Assembly: GCA_017541325.1 (NCBI GenBank)
Contig: JAFXZI010000012.1
Location: forward strand, 72,831-136,830
DNA from: Bacilli bacterium
Lineage (GTDB): Bacteria; Bacillota_I; Bacilli_A; RF39; UBA660
Length of the DNA: 64,000 nucleotides
Reading direction: 5' to 3'
This document shows, one piece after another, positions 36,921-46,970 of the stretch. Both the position numbers and the translations under genes were made by a program. How positions within the stretch are numbered: the stretch's first letter is position 1; every line of letters starts with the position of its first letter. The notes under the pieces were generated by a model, which saw nothing but the letters and a program-made list of their open reading frames with translations, made no database searches and was not told the DNA's origin.

Positions 36921-39866
36921 TTATTCAACATTATCTAATTTAACACTTACTAGTTTTGAAACACCTGATTCTTGCATTGTAACACCATATAATGTATCAG
37001 CAAATTCCATAGTTTTCTTCTTATGAGTAATAAGTAAAAACTGAGTTCTATCTTTATAATGTTTCAAATAGTTACCAAAAGTTTCAACATTAGCTTCGTC
37101 AAGTGCTGCTTCTACTTCATCAAATAAACAGAATGGTACTGTTCTTACATTTAATATTGCAAATATTAAAGAAATAGCAGTTAAAGTTTTTTCTCCTCCA
37201 GATAAAAGTGTTATTGCTTTTAATTTCTTTCCTGGAGGACTAGCATTAATTAAAATATCACTTTCTAAGACATTATTAGGATCTACTAACTTAATATTAG
37301 CGTCTCCTCCTTTAAATAATTCTTTAAATACTTTTCTAAACTCTTCATCTATTGCTTTAAATGATTTTTTAAATTCATATTCCATAACAGAATCCATTTC
37401 ACTAATTATTTCAAGAAGAGTTTCTTTGGCATTTAATAAATCATTCTTTTGATTAGTTAAGAATTCATAACGTTCACTAACACGTTTGTACTCATCTATA
37501 GCAGCAAGATTAACCATACCAAGTCTCTTTATATCATTTTTTAAAGTATTAACAAGTTTTCTTGCTTCATCTACTTCTATATCTAATTTATAATTATCTT
37601 TTGCTTTTTCATAAGTTAATTCATAGTCTTCACTTAAAGTATTTAAATAATTATCAAGTTTAACTTCCATTTTTGATATAGATATTTCTAAATCTTTTAA
37701 TTCTTTTTCTAATTTAGAATTTAGAGAATTATTCATTTTACTTTTAGCAGTAACTTCTTCAATTAAACTATATAATTTTTCACGTTTTTTATTAGAACTA
37801 TCTAGATTTTGTTCAACTTCACTTTTCATTCTAGATACTTCATAATATTTTTCCATAATACGATTTTCTTCATCATTTAAAGAAGAATCTATTACATGTT
37901 CTAAACTATTTAAATCAGTATTAAAACTATTTAATTTATCATTTAATACCATTATTAAATTGTTAGCATTCTTAATTTGTTCTTCAATATTATATAAAGC
38001 ACTCTTCTCTTGATATAAATTATCTTCTAGTAACTCTACTTCTTTACTAGATTCACTTATACTTATTTCATATTCATGAATTACTTTAGATACTTCTTCT
38101 TTCTTTATTTTTAATTCTTCTAATTCTTGTTTATAAGAAATAATACTTTTAGAGAACTTTAAACTTCCTCCAGTAATACTTCCACCTATATTAAATAAAT
38201 CTCCATCTAAAGTAACTATCTTATATCTATTATTAATCTTACGACTTATACGTGTTGCGGCATCTATATCATTAGATACAATTATATTACCTAAATTATT
38301 AGCGATAATATTATGGTACTTTTTATCATATCTAACAAGATTAATAAAACTATCAATAAAACCAGAATCATTACTAATAGAACTTAGTATTTCTGGATCT
38401 ATTCCTCTAGGTTTAATCGTATTAAGTGGTAAGAATGTAACTCTACCTAAATTATTCTCTTTTAAGTAATTAATCGCTTCTTTTGCACATTCTTCAGAGT
38501 CTACTACTACGTTTTGTTTAGAACTAGCTAGAACTACTTCTAAAGCTTTAGTATAATCATTATCACTTTCAATTAAATTACCAAGAATATCATGAATTCC
38601 ATGTAATCTTGGATTATTTAAAACAGATTTAACCCCAGTAGACAAACTATTACCATTTTCTATATTATTTGTAGTTATTTCTATTTTTTGATTTATATCT
38701 ACTAAATCTCTTCTTTTATAATTGTATTCATTTACTAAATTAGTATACTTATTCTTTTTAGAAGTTAATTCATCATCTAATTTTTTAATTTCTTTTTGTT
38801 TATTATTTAAAGATTCATTTAATAAATCTAGATCTTTATTACGTAAATAAATATCATTTTCTGTTTGTAATTTATTTTCTTTTAAAATAGATAAGCTATC
38901 ATGTACTTTTTGATCAGTTGCATTATATTTACTACGTTCTTTAATTAAAGCTTTTTCTCCATTTAATTGTTCTTCTTCACGAGTTAATGCAAGTAATTTT
39001 TCATGATATTCATTTATTTCATCATCAAGTTTTGATAATTCGTTTCTTTTATTTAATATTTCAGTATCAAAACTATTAGTATTAACACTAGTATTAAATA
39101 TTTCAGTAGAAACTTCATCTCGTCTATCTTTTGCTTTTAAATAGTTTTTATTAATATTTTCTATTTCGAAAGCCAAAAGTGCAACTTCTACATTTTCAAG
39201 TCTATCTCTTTTATTTAAGTACTCTTCTGCTGCTTCTTTTTGTTCTTTTAGAGGTTCTACTTGTACTTCTAGTTCTGCAATAATATCTTGTACTCTACTC
39301 ATGTTATCTCTAGTCTTTTCTAATTTATGTAGAGCTTCTTCTTTTCTCTTTTTATATTTTAAAACGCCTGCAGCTTCTTCAAATATGCTTCTTCTATCTG
39401 TAGTAGAATTAGAAAGTATCTTATCTATTTCACCTTGTGAAATAATATTAAAAGATGATTTACCAATTCCGCTATCCATAAATAAATCAGTAATATCTTT
39501 TAATCTACATTTATCTCCATTAATAAAATATTCATTTTCTCCAGTACGATATACTCTTCTTTTTACAGAAACTTCATTATATGGAATATTTAAATAATTA
39601 TCACTATTATCAAAAGTTAAAGTAACACTAGCTACATTTAAAGGACTACGTGATTTAGAACCAGCAAAAATTACATCTGTCATACCAGAGTCTCCTCTTA
39701 GTGATTTAACAGATTGTTCTCCTAAAACCCAACGTACTGCATCTACAATATTACTTTTACCAGAACCATTAGGTCCAACAATACAAGTAGTTCTATTATC
39801 TAAAGAAATAGTTAACTTATCAGCAAAGGATTTAAAACCAGATGTTTGTATTTCCTTTAAATACAT
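36921..39866 (-). CDS. smc: chromosome segregation protein SMC
   Basis: Start corrected to MYLKEIQTSGFKSFADK (AGGAG RBS). Walker A is GPNGSGKSN. It has long coiled coils and a hinge, and the C-terminus has LSGGEKTLTAISL plus Walker B LFDEVEAALD. Confidence 0.85.
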   Translation of the reverse strand: MYLKEIQTSGFKSFADKLTISLDNRTTCIVGPNGSGKSNIVDAVRWVLGEQSVKSLRGDSGMTDVIFAGSKSRSPLNVASVTLTFDNSDNYLNIPYNEVSVKRRVYRTGENEYFINGDKCRLKDITDLFMDSGIGKSSFNIISQGEIDKILSNSTTDRRSIFEEAAGVLKYKKRKEEALHKLEKTRDNMSRVQDIIAELEVQVEPLKEQKEAAEEYLNKRDRLENVEVALLAFEIENINKNYLKAKDRRDEVSTEIFNTSVNTNSFDTEILNKRNELSKLDDEINEYHEKLLALTREEEQLNGEKALIKERSKYNATDQKVHDSLSILKENKLQTENDIYLRNKDLDLLNESLNNKQKEIKKLDDELTSKKNKYTNLVNEYNYKRRDLVDINQKIEITTNNIENGNSLSTGVKSVLNNPRLHGIHDILGNLIESDNDYTKALEVVLASSKQNVVVDSEECAKEAINYLKENNLGRVTFLPLNTIKPRGIDPEILSSISNDSGFIDSFINLVRYDKKYHNIIANNLGNIIVSNDIDAATRISRKINNRYKIVTLDGDLFNIGGSITGGSLKFSKSIISYKQELEELKIKKEEVSKVIHEYEISISESSKEVELLEDNLYQEKSALYNIEEQIKNANNLIMVLNDKLNSFNTDLNSLEHVIDSSLNDEENRIMEKYYEVSRMKSEVEQNLDSSNKKREKLYSLIEEVTAKSKMNNSLNSKLEKELKDLEISISKMEVKLDNYLNTLSEDYELTYEKAKDNYKLDIEVDEARKLVNTLKNDIKRLGMVNLAAIDEYKRVSERYEFLTNQKNDLLNAKETLLEIISEMDSVMEYEFKKSFKAIDEEFRKVFKELFKGGDANIKLVDPNNVLESDILINASPPGKKLKAITLLSGGEKTLTAISLIFAILNVRTVPFCLFDEVEAALDEANVETFGNYLKHYKDRTQFLLITHKKKTMEFADTLYGVTMQESGVSKLVSVKLDNVE

Positions 39867-39936
39867 AGTATCACTCCTATTCTCACTAATTAAAATTATA
39901 CAATTAGATAGGAAAAATGTAAATAAAAGGACCAAA

Positions 39937-39960
39937 ATAAAAGAAATAGATATCTATTTC
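39937..39960. terminator. terminator at the 3' end of the pilus operon
   Basis: AGAAATAGATATCTATTTCT is a 20-bp perfect palindrome followed by TTTATTTT on the minus strand. It overlaps the sortase stop. Confidence 0.5.
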
Positions 39961-40916
39961 TTTTTCTTATTATCTTTATTCTTTATTTTATATTTAATTA
40001 CTCTATATATTAGGATTAAGAAAATAATTATTACAACAATTAATAATAAATATAAAATCATATCTCTAATAGAAATATTAATAGAGAAATTATTTCTTCT
40101 TTTCTTTTTATTCTTATATACTTCTCTTTCTTGTTTTTCTTCTTTTTTCTTTTCAATACCATCATCTTTATTTGATTCAGTTATCTTAGCAAGAAGAACT
40201 GCCCTTTTAGTTGATCCACTAGAGTCACAAGTAGACAAAACTATTAGTTTATCAGTAGAAACTAAAATTGTATCTGATTTATTTTTAGCTACACTACCAA
40301 TATATTCTATAATATCTTTATTATAATTATTTCTAATCCTAAAGATATCAAATACATAGTCATCATATGAACTAACTACAGCATAATTAACTATTTCTAC
40401 ATCATATATTTTGTTTGAAGTATAAAGAGTTCCTTTTAAATGTTTAGAAAAGAAATCTTTGTTTTCATATTTCTTTATATCAGTAAACATCGTATTAGAA
40501 TTCATATGATGTCCATAAATTGCCGTATATTGGTCATTAAAATTCTTATCATTACGATAATCCATAAAAATACTACCAGAAGTAGCATATTCATGTTTAT
40601 AGTTTCTATCTAGATATTCACTATTATCTTTCCCTTTTACAACAGGGTAATCTATTTCTGTATCATCAATAGTAATCCATCCAACAATATCTGGATTTAT
40701 TTCTTGTAAATCATCTAAATAAAATACTTCCTTTTTATCTTCATCTGTTTTAGCAATTGGTTTAAGAGACATTATTTCTTCATCTAGTTCTCCACCTTTT
40801 TGAACTAGATAATTATCATATAATGCGTAGATACCAATTAGTATTATTAAAACAAAGAAAATAGTAATAAGGAATTCTATTATTTTATTTGTTCCTTTTA
40901 TAATTAAATTAATCAT
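39954..40916 (-). CDS. sortase, class B-like (pilus-associated)
   Basis: Has an N-terminal TM anchor. The IDYPVVKGKDNSEYLDRNY block is like the SrtB IDYP[VI][VM]Q..DN.[FY]YL motif. A His (YGHHMN) is present and the TLxTC Cys appears as LVLSTCDSS. There is an additional C-terminal TM segment plus a basic tail. Confidence 0.7.
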   Translation of the reverse strand: MINLIIKGTNKIIEFLITIFFVLIILIGIYALYDNYLVQKGGELDEEIMSLKPIAKTDEDKKEVFYLDDLQEINPDIVGWITIDDTEIDYPVVKGKDNSEYLDRNYKHEYATSGSIFMDYRNDKNFNDQYTAIYGHHMNSNTMFTDIKKYENKDFFSKHLKGTLYTSNKIYDVEIVNYAVVSSYDDYVFDIFRIRNNYNKDIIEYIGSVAKNKSDTILVSTDKLIVLSTCDSSGSTKRAVLLAKITESNKDDGIEKKKEEKQEREVYKNKKKRRNNFSINISIRDMILYLLLIVVIIIFLILIYRVIKYKIKNKDNKKKK

Positions 40917-41889
40917 CCTTATTACCTATCTTTCTTAATAATATCAAACCAACTATACCTAAAATAATTAATATAATAAACGGAAGTATATCTAAGAATA
41001 CTCCTGTTATTGCAACATCATAATCTCTTCTATTTATAATTATGATATAGTTATCTTCATCATTATCAGTAGTTGTATAATTATTAATTACATCATAAGT
41101 AGTTTCCCAACTACGAGAACCAATCTTTTGAATTGAATAATGTGTTCCAATTGGTATTTGATTTATATTATTTTCAGTACCAATTGTTATAGATTGATCT
41201 TTTTTCAAATATATATACACAAAATTATCTTTATCTTTAACAGTATAATAATTAGAAGTATTTATATTTTTTTTATTAAACTTAATAATTGGATCTTGTC
41301 CATCAATATAATATCTATCTCCTACTTTACCATTTATAACTAATTTAAATTTAAAATATTCATCTGTTTTAGATAACTTTCCTTCTGTAGTATTAGTAAT
41401 TTTAATATTAGTATAATTATGATTATGATTAAAAATTAAATCACTTTTAGAATTATCTGTTACATTATATGCTTGTCCATATACAGATGTAATTCCTGCA
41501 CTACCATATAATACATATATATAATATTTCTCGTTAGATATAGAATAATTTTGCATATCACTTGATGAAATTTCTTCTATTAAATATTTATATATACCAT
41601 AATTAGTATAATGAACATTTGAAAAATCTATTTCATAATCATAAGAAACTATATTATTATGCCCTTTAACATTATTAAGAGTTACTACAACTTCTGTAGG
41701 CTCATTACTAACACCACTTTTGTTATTACTATCAGGAGTAATTCTATAAGTGAAAGTATTAGATACAGTATTATTAGTATTTAATATTTGATCAGTTAAA
41801 GTAATACTAGTATCATAAGCTAATGCTTTAACTGGTAATAAAACAAATATAAAAATAAATATAAAGATTATTCTTTTATTCATTTTCAT
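40909..41889 (-). CDS. sortase-assembled pilin-like surface protein (minor pilin candidate)
   Basis: Has a signal peptide. It shares the NTFTY and TEGKLSKTDEYFKFKL blocks with the other two pilins. The C-terminal sorting signal is VAITG, a hydrophobic stretch, then RKIGNKDD. Confidence 0.55.
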   Translation of the reverse strand: MKMNKRIIFIFIFIFVLLPVKALAYDTSITLTDQILNTNNTVSNTFTYRITPDSNNKSGVSNEPTEVVVTLNNVKGHNNIVSYDYEIDFSNVHYTNYGIYKYLIEEISSSDMQNYSISNEKYYIYVLYGSAGITSVYGQAYNVTDNSKSDLIFNHNHNYTNIKITNTTEGKLSKTDEYFKFKLVINGKVGDRYYIDGQDPIIKFNKKNINTSNYYTVKDKDNFVYIYLKKDQSITIGTENNINQIPIGTHYSIQKIGSRSWETTYDVINNYTTTDNDEDNYIIIINRRDYDVAITGVFLDILPFIILIILGIVGLILLRKIGNKDD

Positions 41890-41902
41890 ATTATCCTCCT
41901 CC

Positions 41903-42460
41903 TTAAATACCTCTTATTTGTAATTTTCCTATTACTCTTCCAACAATATCTTTTTTCTCAATCTTTCCAAAACTTCTTGAATCATTAAAATCTAGTCTAA
42001 AATCATTTGTAACAAAATATTCATCTTCTCCTAATATACAAGGATAAGTAACACTTGATCCTTCTGAAAGTTCTGTATCATAAAATCCTTGTATTTCTTC
42101 TCTAAATCCATTAATTAAGAGAGTTCCTTCTTCAATTGTTATCATATCTCCATTAGTTCCAGATATTCTATATATATTATATTCATTATCTTGTTTAACT
42201 AAAACGACATCTCCAACGACATAGTCTTTGTCCAATCTATAATAAATTAATAAGTTTCCATCTGTTATATATGGTGACATAGAACTACCATTCATACGAT
42301 GGACTCCAAAAATAACAAAGAAAATAATAAATATTAAAACAAGAATAACTGCAATTTTAATTAAAAGTATTAATAGATTGTTCTTAGTCTTTTTCTTTTC
42401 ATTATTCTTTGCTTTTTCTTTTTCTATTTCTTTTTTATCATTCTTTTTCCAAAAATTCAT
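41903..42460 (-). CDS. signal peptidase I (S26 family), pilus-associated SipA/LepA-like
   Basis: Has a TM anchor, then GSSMSPYI (the SM-x-P Ser box), a KQDNEYNIYRISG block and a GDNRxxSxDSR-like DFNDSRSFG block. It is embedded in the pilin/sortase cluster, as in streptococcal pilus islands. Confidence 0.7.
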   Translation of the reverse strand: MNFWKKNDKKEIEKEKAKNNEKKKTKNNLLILLIKIAVILVLIFIIFFVIFGVHRMNGSSMSPYITDGNLLIYYRLDKDYVVGDVVLVKQDNEYNIYRISGTNGDMITIEEGTLLINGFREEIQGFYDTELSEGSSVTYPCILGEDEYFVTNDFRLDFNDSRSFGKIEKKDIVGRVIGKLQIRGI

Positions 42461-42558
42461 ATTATCACCACTATTATATTACTATATTTAAAATATCATA
42501 TTTTTGATTTTTTATAAATGCTTTTCAAATAAAAAAACTGCATATGCAGTTTTTTATA

Positions 42559-43611
42559 TTATTCTTGAGCACTTAAACGTTTATTAATATAAATACCAAT
42601 TACTGCAAGACCTATTAATAATACGAATGGTAGAATATTAATAAATATACCTGTTAATACATCTGATTGATAATTGTTTATATATGCAGTTGTATTATTT
42701 GTACTAAAGTTTGATGCATTTGTTGCTACTGTAGTTTTAGTTGTAGTTTTTGCATCTGTAGTACTTCCATCGATATATGTTTTATAATCTGTAGCACCTG
42801 TTTCAGTAATTGTATAACTACCATTAATTGGTATTTCATTTATTGTTCCATTAAGTCCAATTGTAACACTTTGTCCATGCTTTAAATATAGTGTTGTAGT
42901 TGTACCAACAGTATAAGTTGAACTGTTTACTGTAGTAGTTCCATCTGTTGAGTGATCACCTGTTACTGTATAAGTATCTCCTGCAGTTCCTGGAAGACTT
43001 ACTGTAAATGCAAAGTATTCATCTTTATCAGCTAAATTACCAGTTACTCCTTTAGATAATGTTATATAAGTTAATTCAGTATTTGATTCAAATAATAAGT
43101 TAGATACTTTAGTTCCATTTAATGTAGGTTGAACAATCATAGTAGCATTTTTAGTTCCTTCTGGTACGTTATTTGCATCTACATTATATCTTACTGATAC
43201 AAACAGATGATATTCTTTAGTATCTAAAGGATAAGCAGTTGCATCAGTTGATGCTGTCTCTTTTACAATGAATTCATAATCTCCAACTTTATCAAATACT
43301 ACACTTGATAAGTCAATAGTACCAGTTGCAGTAGCTGTTCCACTAACTGGAACTACATTATTAAATACTACAGTTGGATTAGTTGAAGGAAGTGTAACTG
43401 GTTCAGGATTGGAAGCAGCAGCCGTAACCGTATAAGTAAATGTATTAGTTACAGGGTTAGTTACATCATTAACCTCTCTTGTAATTGTCCATGAAGTTGT
43501 AGTATTTCCTGTAGATGTTGCTATTGTAGTAGTTGCAGCATTAACAGGCGTTGCATTCATTCCTAAAATAATTGCAAATATTGTAAATAAGTATTTTTTA
43601 ATATTTTTCAT
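42559..43611 (-). CDS. sortase-assembled pilin (backbone pilin candidate)
   Basis: Has a signal peptide and Thr-rich prealbumin/CnaB-like repeats. TGNLADKDEYFAFTV is present, and an E-box-like YTITETGATDY matches YxLxETxAPxGY. The sorting signal is DVLTG, a hydrophobic stretch, then NKRLSAQE. Confidence 0.6.
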   Translation of the reverse strand: MKNIKKYLFTIFAIILGMNATPVNAATTTIATSTGNTTTSWTITREVNDVTNPVTNTFTYTVTAAASNPEPVTLPSTNPTVVFNNVVPVSGTATATGTIDLSSVVFDKVGDYEFIVKETASTDATAYPLDTKEYHLFVSVRYNVDANNVPEGTKNATMIVQPTLNGTKVSNLLFESNTELTYITLSKGVTGNLADKDEYFAFTVSLPGTAGDTYTVTGDHSTDGTTTVNSSTYTVGTTTTLYLKHGQSVTIGLNGTINEIPINGSYTITETGATDYKTYIDGSTTDAKTTTKTTVATNASNFSTNNTTAYINNYQSDVLTGIFINILPFVLLIGLAVIGIYINKRLSAQE

Positions 43612-43701
43612 ATTATCTCTCCTATTCTATCTAATTTAAGATTATCACTTATAATATTATCTATCAACGTAAATTTACATCTTAGAATGTATATTTTACA
43701 T

Positions 43702-45549
43702 CTATTTCATTTTATTTTTTCTAAATAAGATAATTGCAATTGGTCCAATTGCAATAAATGAATATGCAAATTTTAGATCAATTTGTCTTCCTGTTGCCGG
43801 TGATTGTTCTTTATTGTTTACAAATGTAGCGATGTTACTAGTAGAATTTATTGTTCCTGTAATTGTATCAGTTGTTGGTGTATATCCATTAGTAGTTTCA
43901 GTAATTGTATATACATCTCCTACTTCAATGTCTTTGATTAATATATTGTTTTGACTAGATATATTTACTGTAGCAACCCCGTTTACAAAAGTAAGTTGTG
44001 ACTGTTGAAGATTTCCTCCTACATAATAATCATATGATCCATTTATACCAGTACCATTTTTTGTAATATTTATTTCTAGTTCAAATAATTCATCTACATC
44101 TGCCATATTTCCTGTTACTTCTTTATTAATTTCTAAATCACCAAAATTTGAATTTAATTGCCATACGGCAGTATAAGTAACATCTGCTGTTACTGTAGAA
44201 CTTATTGTTGGAGTCCATCCCATAAATGTATATCCTGGACGAGTTGGTGTTCCAACAAATTGAGGAGTATTAGTATTTACTTGTAAATTATTATAGACTT
44301 GATCAGCAAATACTTCTTCTCCAGTTACTCCATCTGTATAAGTAACAGTATAGACATCAACTGTAGATATTGTATATGGATTATTCCAAGAACCATCTCC
44401 TCCATCAAAAGTTACATTTTGTTTTAAATATAGTGTTGGTCTAACTGAAGAAGTTCCATTTGTTCCGTTTGTATTTAAAGTCCCATTTGTATTTATTTGA
44501 TATACATAGCTAGATCCATTAAGAGCTGGAGTAATTGTCCATTGAGTTGGTTGAGTTTTTTGAGAATCAGATGTTGCATTTGCAGTTGCAACGTTTCTTA
44601 ACCAGTTATTATTAACACAATCAGCATTTGTACTCCACGAACGAATTTGTGTATTTGTTATACATGTATTTCTAGATGTTGTTCCATTTCCCGCAGTAGC
44701 AAGTCCATAATCACTTACATACATTAATCCTAATTTTCCAGTCCATGTAACTGCTCTTGATGTATTAAATGCTGATCCAGTAGATTTTTCAATATCTAAG
44801 AAATCTTTTGGTGTAGCATTATTAGAATTACTATTACCGCTTATTCCTCTAATATGCCAATTTGCTTCTGCAATCATATCTTTATAAGTTGTTTGTAAAG
44901 TATTAATACTTGCTGTAGTTGTTGATTGCCATCCATTATTACCAACTTGTGCAGGAGTATATACAGTTGTTCCATAGTAATAACTACCCATGTTTCTAAA
45001 CATGTTTTTAGAATCTTTAATATAGTTTTCATCACCAGTTCCAGGTACAACTGTATAATTATGAGCTTGGGTACCATCCGCTAGTAATCCAGTATTTAAA
45101 TAATCTGTTGGATTCATAAGCATCATTACTTCTGAATCAGACCAGTCATTACTTCCTGTACCAGCTGATGATCCAACACCATTTCTTTTATAGTCAAAAA
45201 TCCAATTACCTAAAGACTCATCTCTTATAATCTTTACAAGTTTTTCTCCACTTCTACCATGAGTGGCATCTTCAAATACTCCAATTATTCTCCATTTTTC
45301 TCCATTAAACATAATATAGTTACAAGGATTAGAACCAACATACCTTAAACTATTATCTCCTGTAACATTGTCATAGGCTAATGTATTTGTACATGTTCCA
45401 TTAGTTCCTAAATTAATAACATCTGTTGTATTTGTAGGATAACTAGATACTAGTCCTGTTATGTAATCACTTAGGAATTCGTCAGCATAAACATAAGAAG
45501 GCATAACAAAAGTAATTAATACACTAAGAATCAATATTAATTTCTTCAT
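43702..45549 (-). CDS. large sortase substrate: pilus tip adhesin/pilin candidate
   Basis: Start corrected to MKKLILIL (GGGAGG RBS). Has a signal peptide, a TGNMADVDELFELEI block, an E-box-like YTITETTNGY and a C-terminal SPATG, hydrophobic stretch, RKNKMK sorting signal. Confidence 0.6.
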   Translation of the reverse strand: MKKLILILSVLITFVMPSYVYADEFLSDYITGLVSSYPTNTTDVINLGTNGTCTNTLAYDNVTGDNSLRYVGSNPCNYIMFNGEKWRIIGVFEDATHGRSGEKLVKIIRDESLGNWIFDYKRNGVGSSAGTGSNDWSDSEVMMLMNPTDYLNTGLLADGTQAHNYTVVPGTGDENYIKDSKNMFRNMGSYYYGTTVYTPAQVGNNGWQSTTTASINTLQTTYKDMIAEANWHIRGISGNSNSNNATPKDFLDIEKSTGSAFNTSRAVTWTGKLGLMYVSDYGLATAGNGTTSRNTCITNTQIRSWSTNADCVNNNWLRNVATANATSDSQKTQPTQWTITPALNGSSYVYQINTNGTLNTNGTNGTSSVRPTLYLKQNVTFDGGDGSWNNPYTISTVDVYTVTYTDGVTGEEVFADQVYNNLQVNTNTPQFVGTPTRPGYTFMGWTPTISSTVTADVTYTAVWQLNSNFGDLEINKEVTGNMADVDELFELEINITKNGTGINGSYDYYVGGNLQQSQLTFVNGVATVNISSQNNILIKDIEVGDVYTITETTNGYTPTTDTITGTINSTSNIATFVNNKEQSPATGRQIDLKFAYSFIAIGPIAIILFRKNKMK

Positions 45550-45605
45550 ATACGTTCGCCTCCCATTATTATTATTCAATTATATTATAATAGAAAAGCG
45601 CACAA

Positions 45606-45635
45606 AAAAAGCATGTTTTTTGACATGCTTTACAC
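45606..45635 (-). terminator. terminator upstream of the pilus operon (ends rseP-orf81 transcript)
   Basis: Minus-strand reading is AAAGCATGtcaaaaaaCATGCTTTTTTTG. A TATAAT -10 for the pilus operon follows downstream on the minus strand. Confidence 0.5.
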
Positions 45636-45651
45636 AAAAGCGCGTAAATTG

Positions 45652-45897
45652 TTATTGTAAAATAGCAATTAAACTTATGACAAGCAATGTAATTATTACA
45701 ATTGTTGTCACAATAATTAGTTTTTTATTACTCTTTTCTTCCAACATATTACTTTCATAATCATCTGGATCATATTCAACACCATTAGTATTAACTAATA
45801 CATGTTCTTTTTCAGTCATATCAATATCTTTAAGATTGTTCTTATCTTTTATTTCATCTTCATAATATAGTGTATCTATTTCTTTTTTTTCACCCAT
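45652..45897 (-). CDS. small acidic protein with C-terminal TM anchor (hypothetical)
   Basis: 81 aa with C-terminal IIVTTIVIITLLVISLIAIL. It lies directly downstream of rseP. Confidence 0.4.
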   Translation of the reverse strand: MGEKKEIDTLYYEDEIKDKNNLKDIDMTEKEHVLVNTNGVEYDPDDYESNMLEEKSNKKLIIVTTIVIITLLVISLIAILQ

Positions 45898-45905
45898 ATT
45901 ATCAC

Positions 45906-46970
45906 CTATTTTCCAAATATATTAAATAAATCATGACATGTAATATAAAATGCTAGAATCATTAACAAGATAAATCCAACTAAATTAATACTTTCTTCTA
46001 CTTTTGGATTTAATGGTTTACCTTTTATTTTTTCAATTATTAGTAAAAGAATTCTTCCACCATCAACAGCAGGAAATGGAAGTAAATTGATAAATCCTAC
46101 ATTAATACTTAAAAGTGCAGTTAATTGAACTAAAGTTGCAATTCCATACATTTTTGCTTCTCCAACTGTTGAATATATAGCAACAGGTCCACCTAATCTA
46201 TTTATACTAAGATTTCCAGTAAATAATAATTGAAGAACTAATACCATTTGTCTAATTAAAGCACCTGTTTTTTGGAATGTATATCTAAGTGCATTTAAAA
46301 CTCCATGTTCCATTTCTGTTTTAAATGTTATTCCATAATAGTAATGTTTTTCTCCTTCTTCAGTTTTAGCAACTGGTGTTACTTTATATTCTTTTCTCTT
46401 TCCATCTCTTTCAATTTCAAATGTAACATCACTTCCAGCTTTAACTAAAGAAAGTCTTACTTGAATATCTTCACTCGTTTTAGTTTTAGCTCCATTAATA
46501 GAAATAACTTTATCTCCTTCTTGTATTCCAGCTTTCTCCATTGGATATCCTGGAGTTAATTCATTTACTACTGGATCCATATTAGGAGAACCAACAAATA
46601 ATCCAATTGAGAATAAAAGGATTAAAGCTAAGATAAAGTTGTTTCCAGCACCCATTACTAGAATAATGAATCTTTGCCATCCAGTTTTTGCAAACAACTT
46701 TCTTTTACGAGGAATCTTTTTACCATCCTCATCTGTTTCTTCTCCATCTTCTCCAGCTAAACTACAATAACCACCTAATGGTATTGCACGAATAGAATAT
46801 TCTGTTTCTCCTTTTCTTCTACCCCATATTTTAGGTCCCATACCAATAGAGAACTCATGAACAAATACTCCAAACTTTTTAGCAAAAAAGAAATGTCCAA
46901 ACTCATGTACTAAAACAATTACTCCCAGGATAATTGCAAAGTATATTAATGTTATAAAGGCTTCTATCAT
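45906..46970 (-). CDS. rseP: RIP metalloprotease RseP (site-2 protease, M50 family) with PDZ domain
   Basis: [14 protein letters not shown] is the HExxH motif. A PDZ insertion is present, and the C-terminus has [19 protein letters not shown] (the LDG motif). Confidence 0.85.
   Translation of the reverse strand: MIEAFITLIYFAIILGVIVLVHEFGHFFFAKKFGVFVHEFSIGMGPKIWGRRKGETEYSIRAIPLGGYCSLAGEDGEETDEDGKKIPRKRKLFAKTGWQRFIILVMGAGNNFILALILLFSIGLFVGSPNMDPVVNELTPGYPMEKAGIQEGDKVISINGAKTKTSEDIQVRLSLVKAGSDVTFEIERDGKRKEYKVTPVAKTEEGEKHYYYGITFKTEMEHGVLNALRYTFQKTGALIRQMVLVLQLLFTGNLSINRLGGPVAIYSTVGEAKMYGIATLVQLTALLSINVGFINLLPFPAVDGGRILLLIIEKIKGKPLNPKVEESINLVGFILLMILAFYITCHDLFNIFGK

Noticed and set aside
621-45077. 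Numerous short ORFs on the strand opposite to, or nested inside, large genes. Coordinates: 621-878, 739-975, 1064-1327, 1684-1896, 4376-4600, 5045-5260, 5511-5702, 12112-12309, 16890-17141, 22676-22927, 22746-23123, 24287-24502, 25288-25479, 27224-27493, 29244-29426, 33297-33557, 34499-34741, 39301-39597, 41140-41343, 44874-45077
   Set aside because: All lie antisense to, or out of frame within, well-supported genes. None has an RBS. Their compositions (Phe/Leu/Ile/Ser-rich) are those expected from reading AT-rich coding DNA in the wrong frame.
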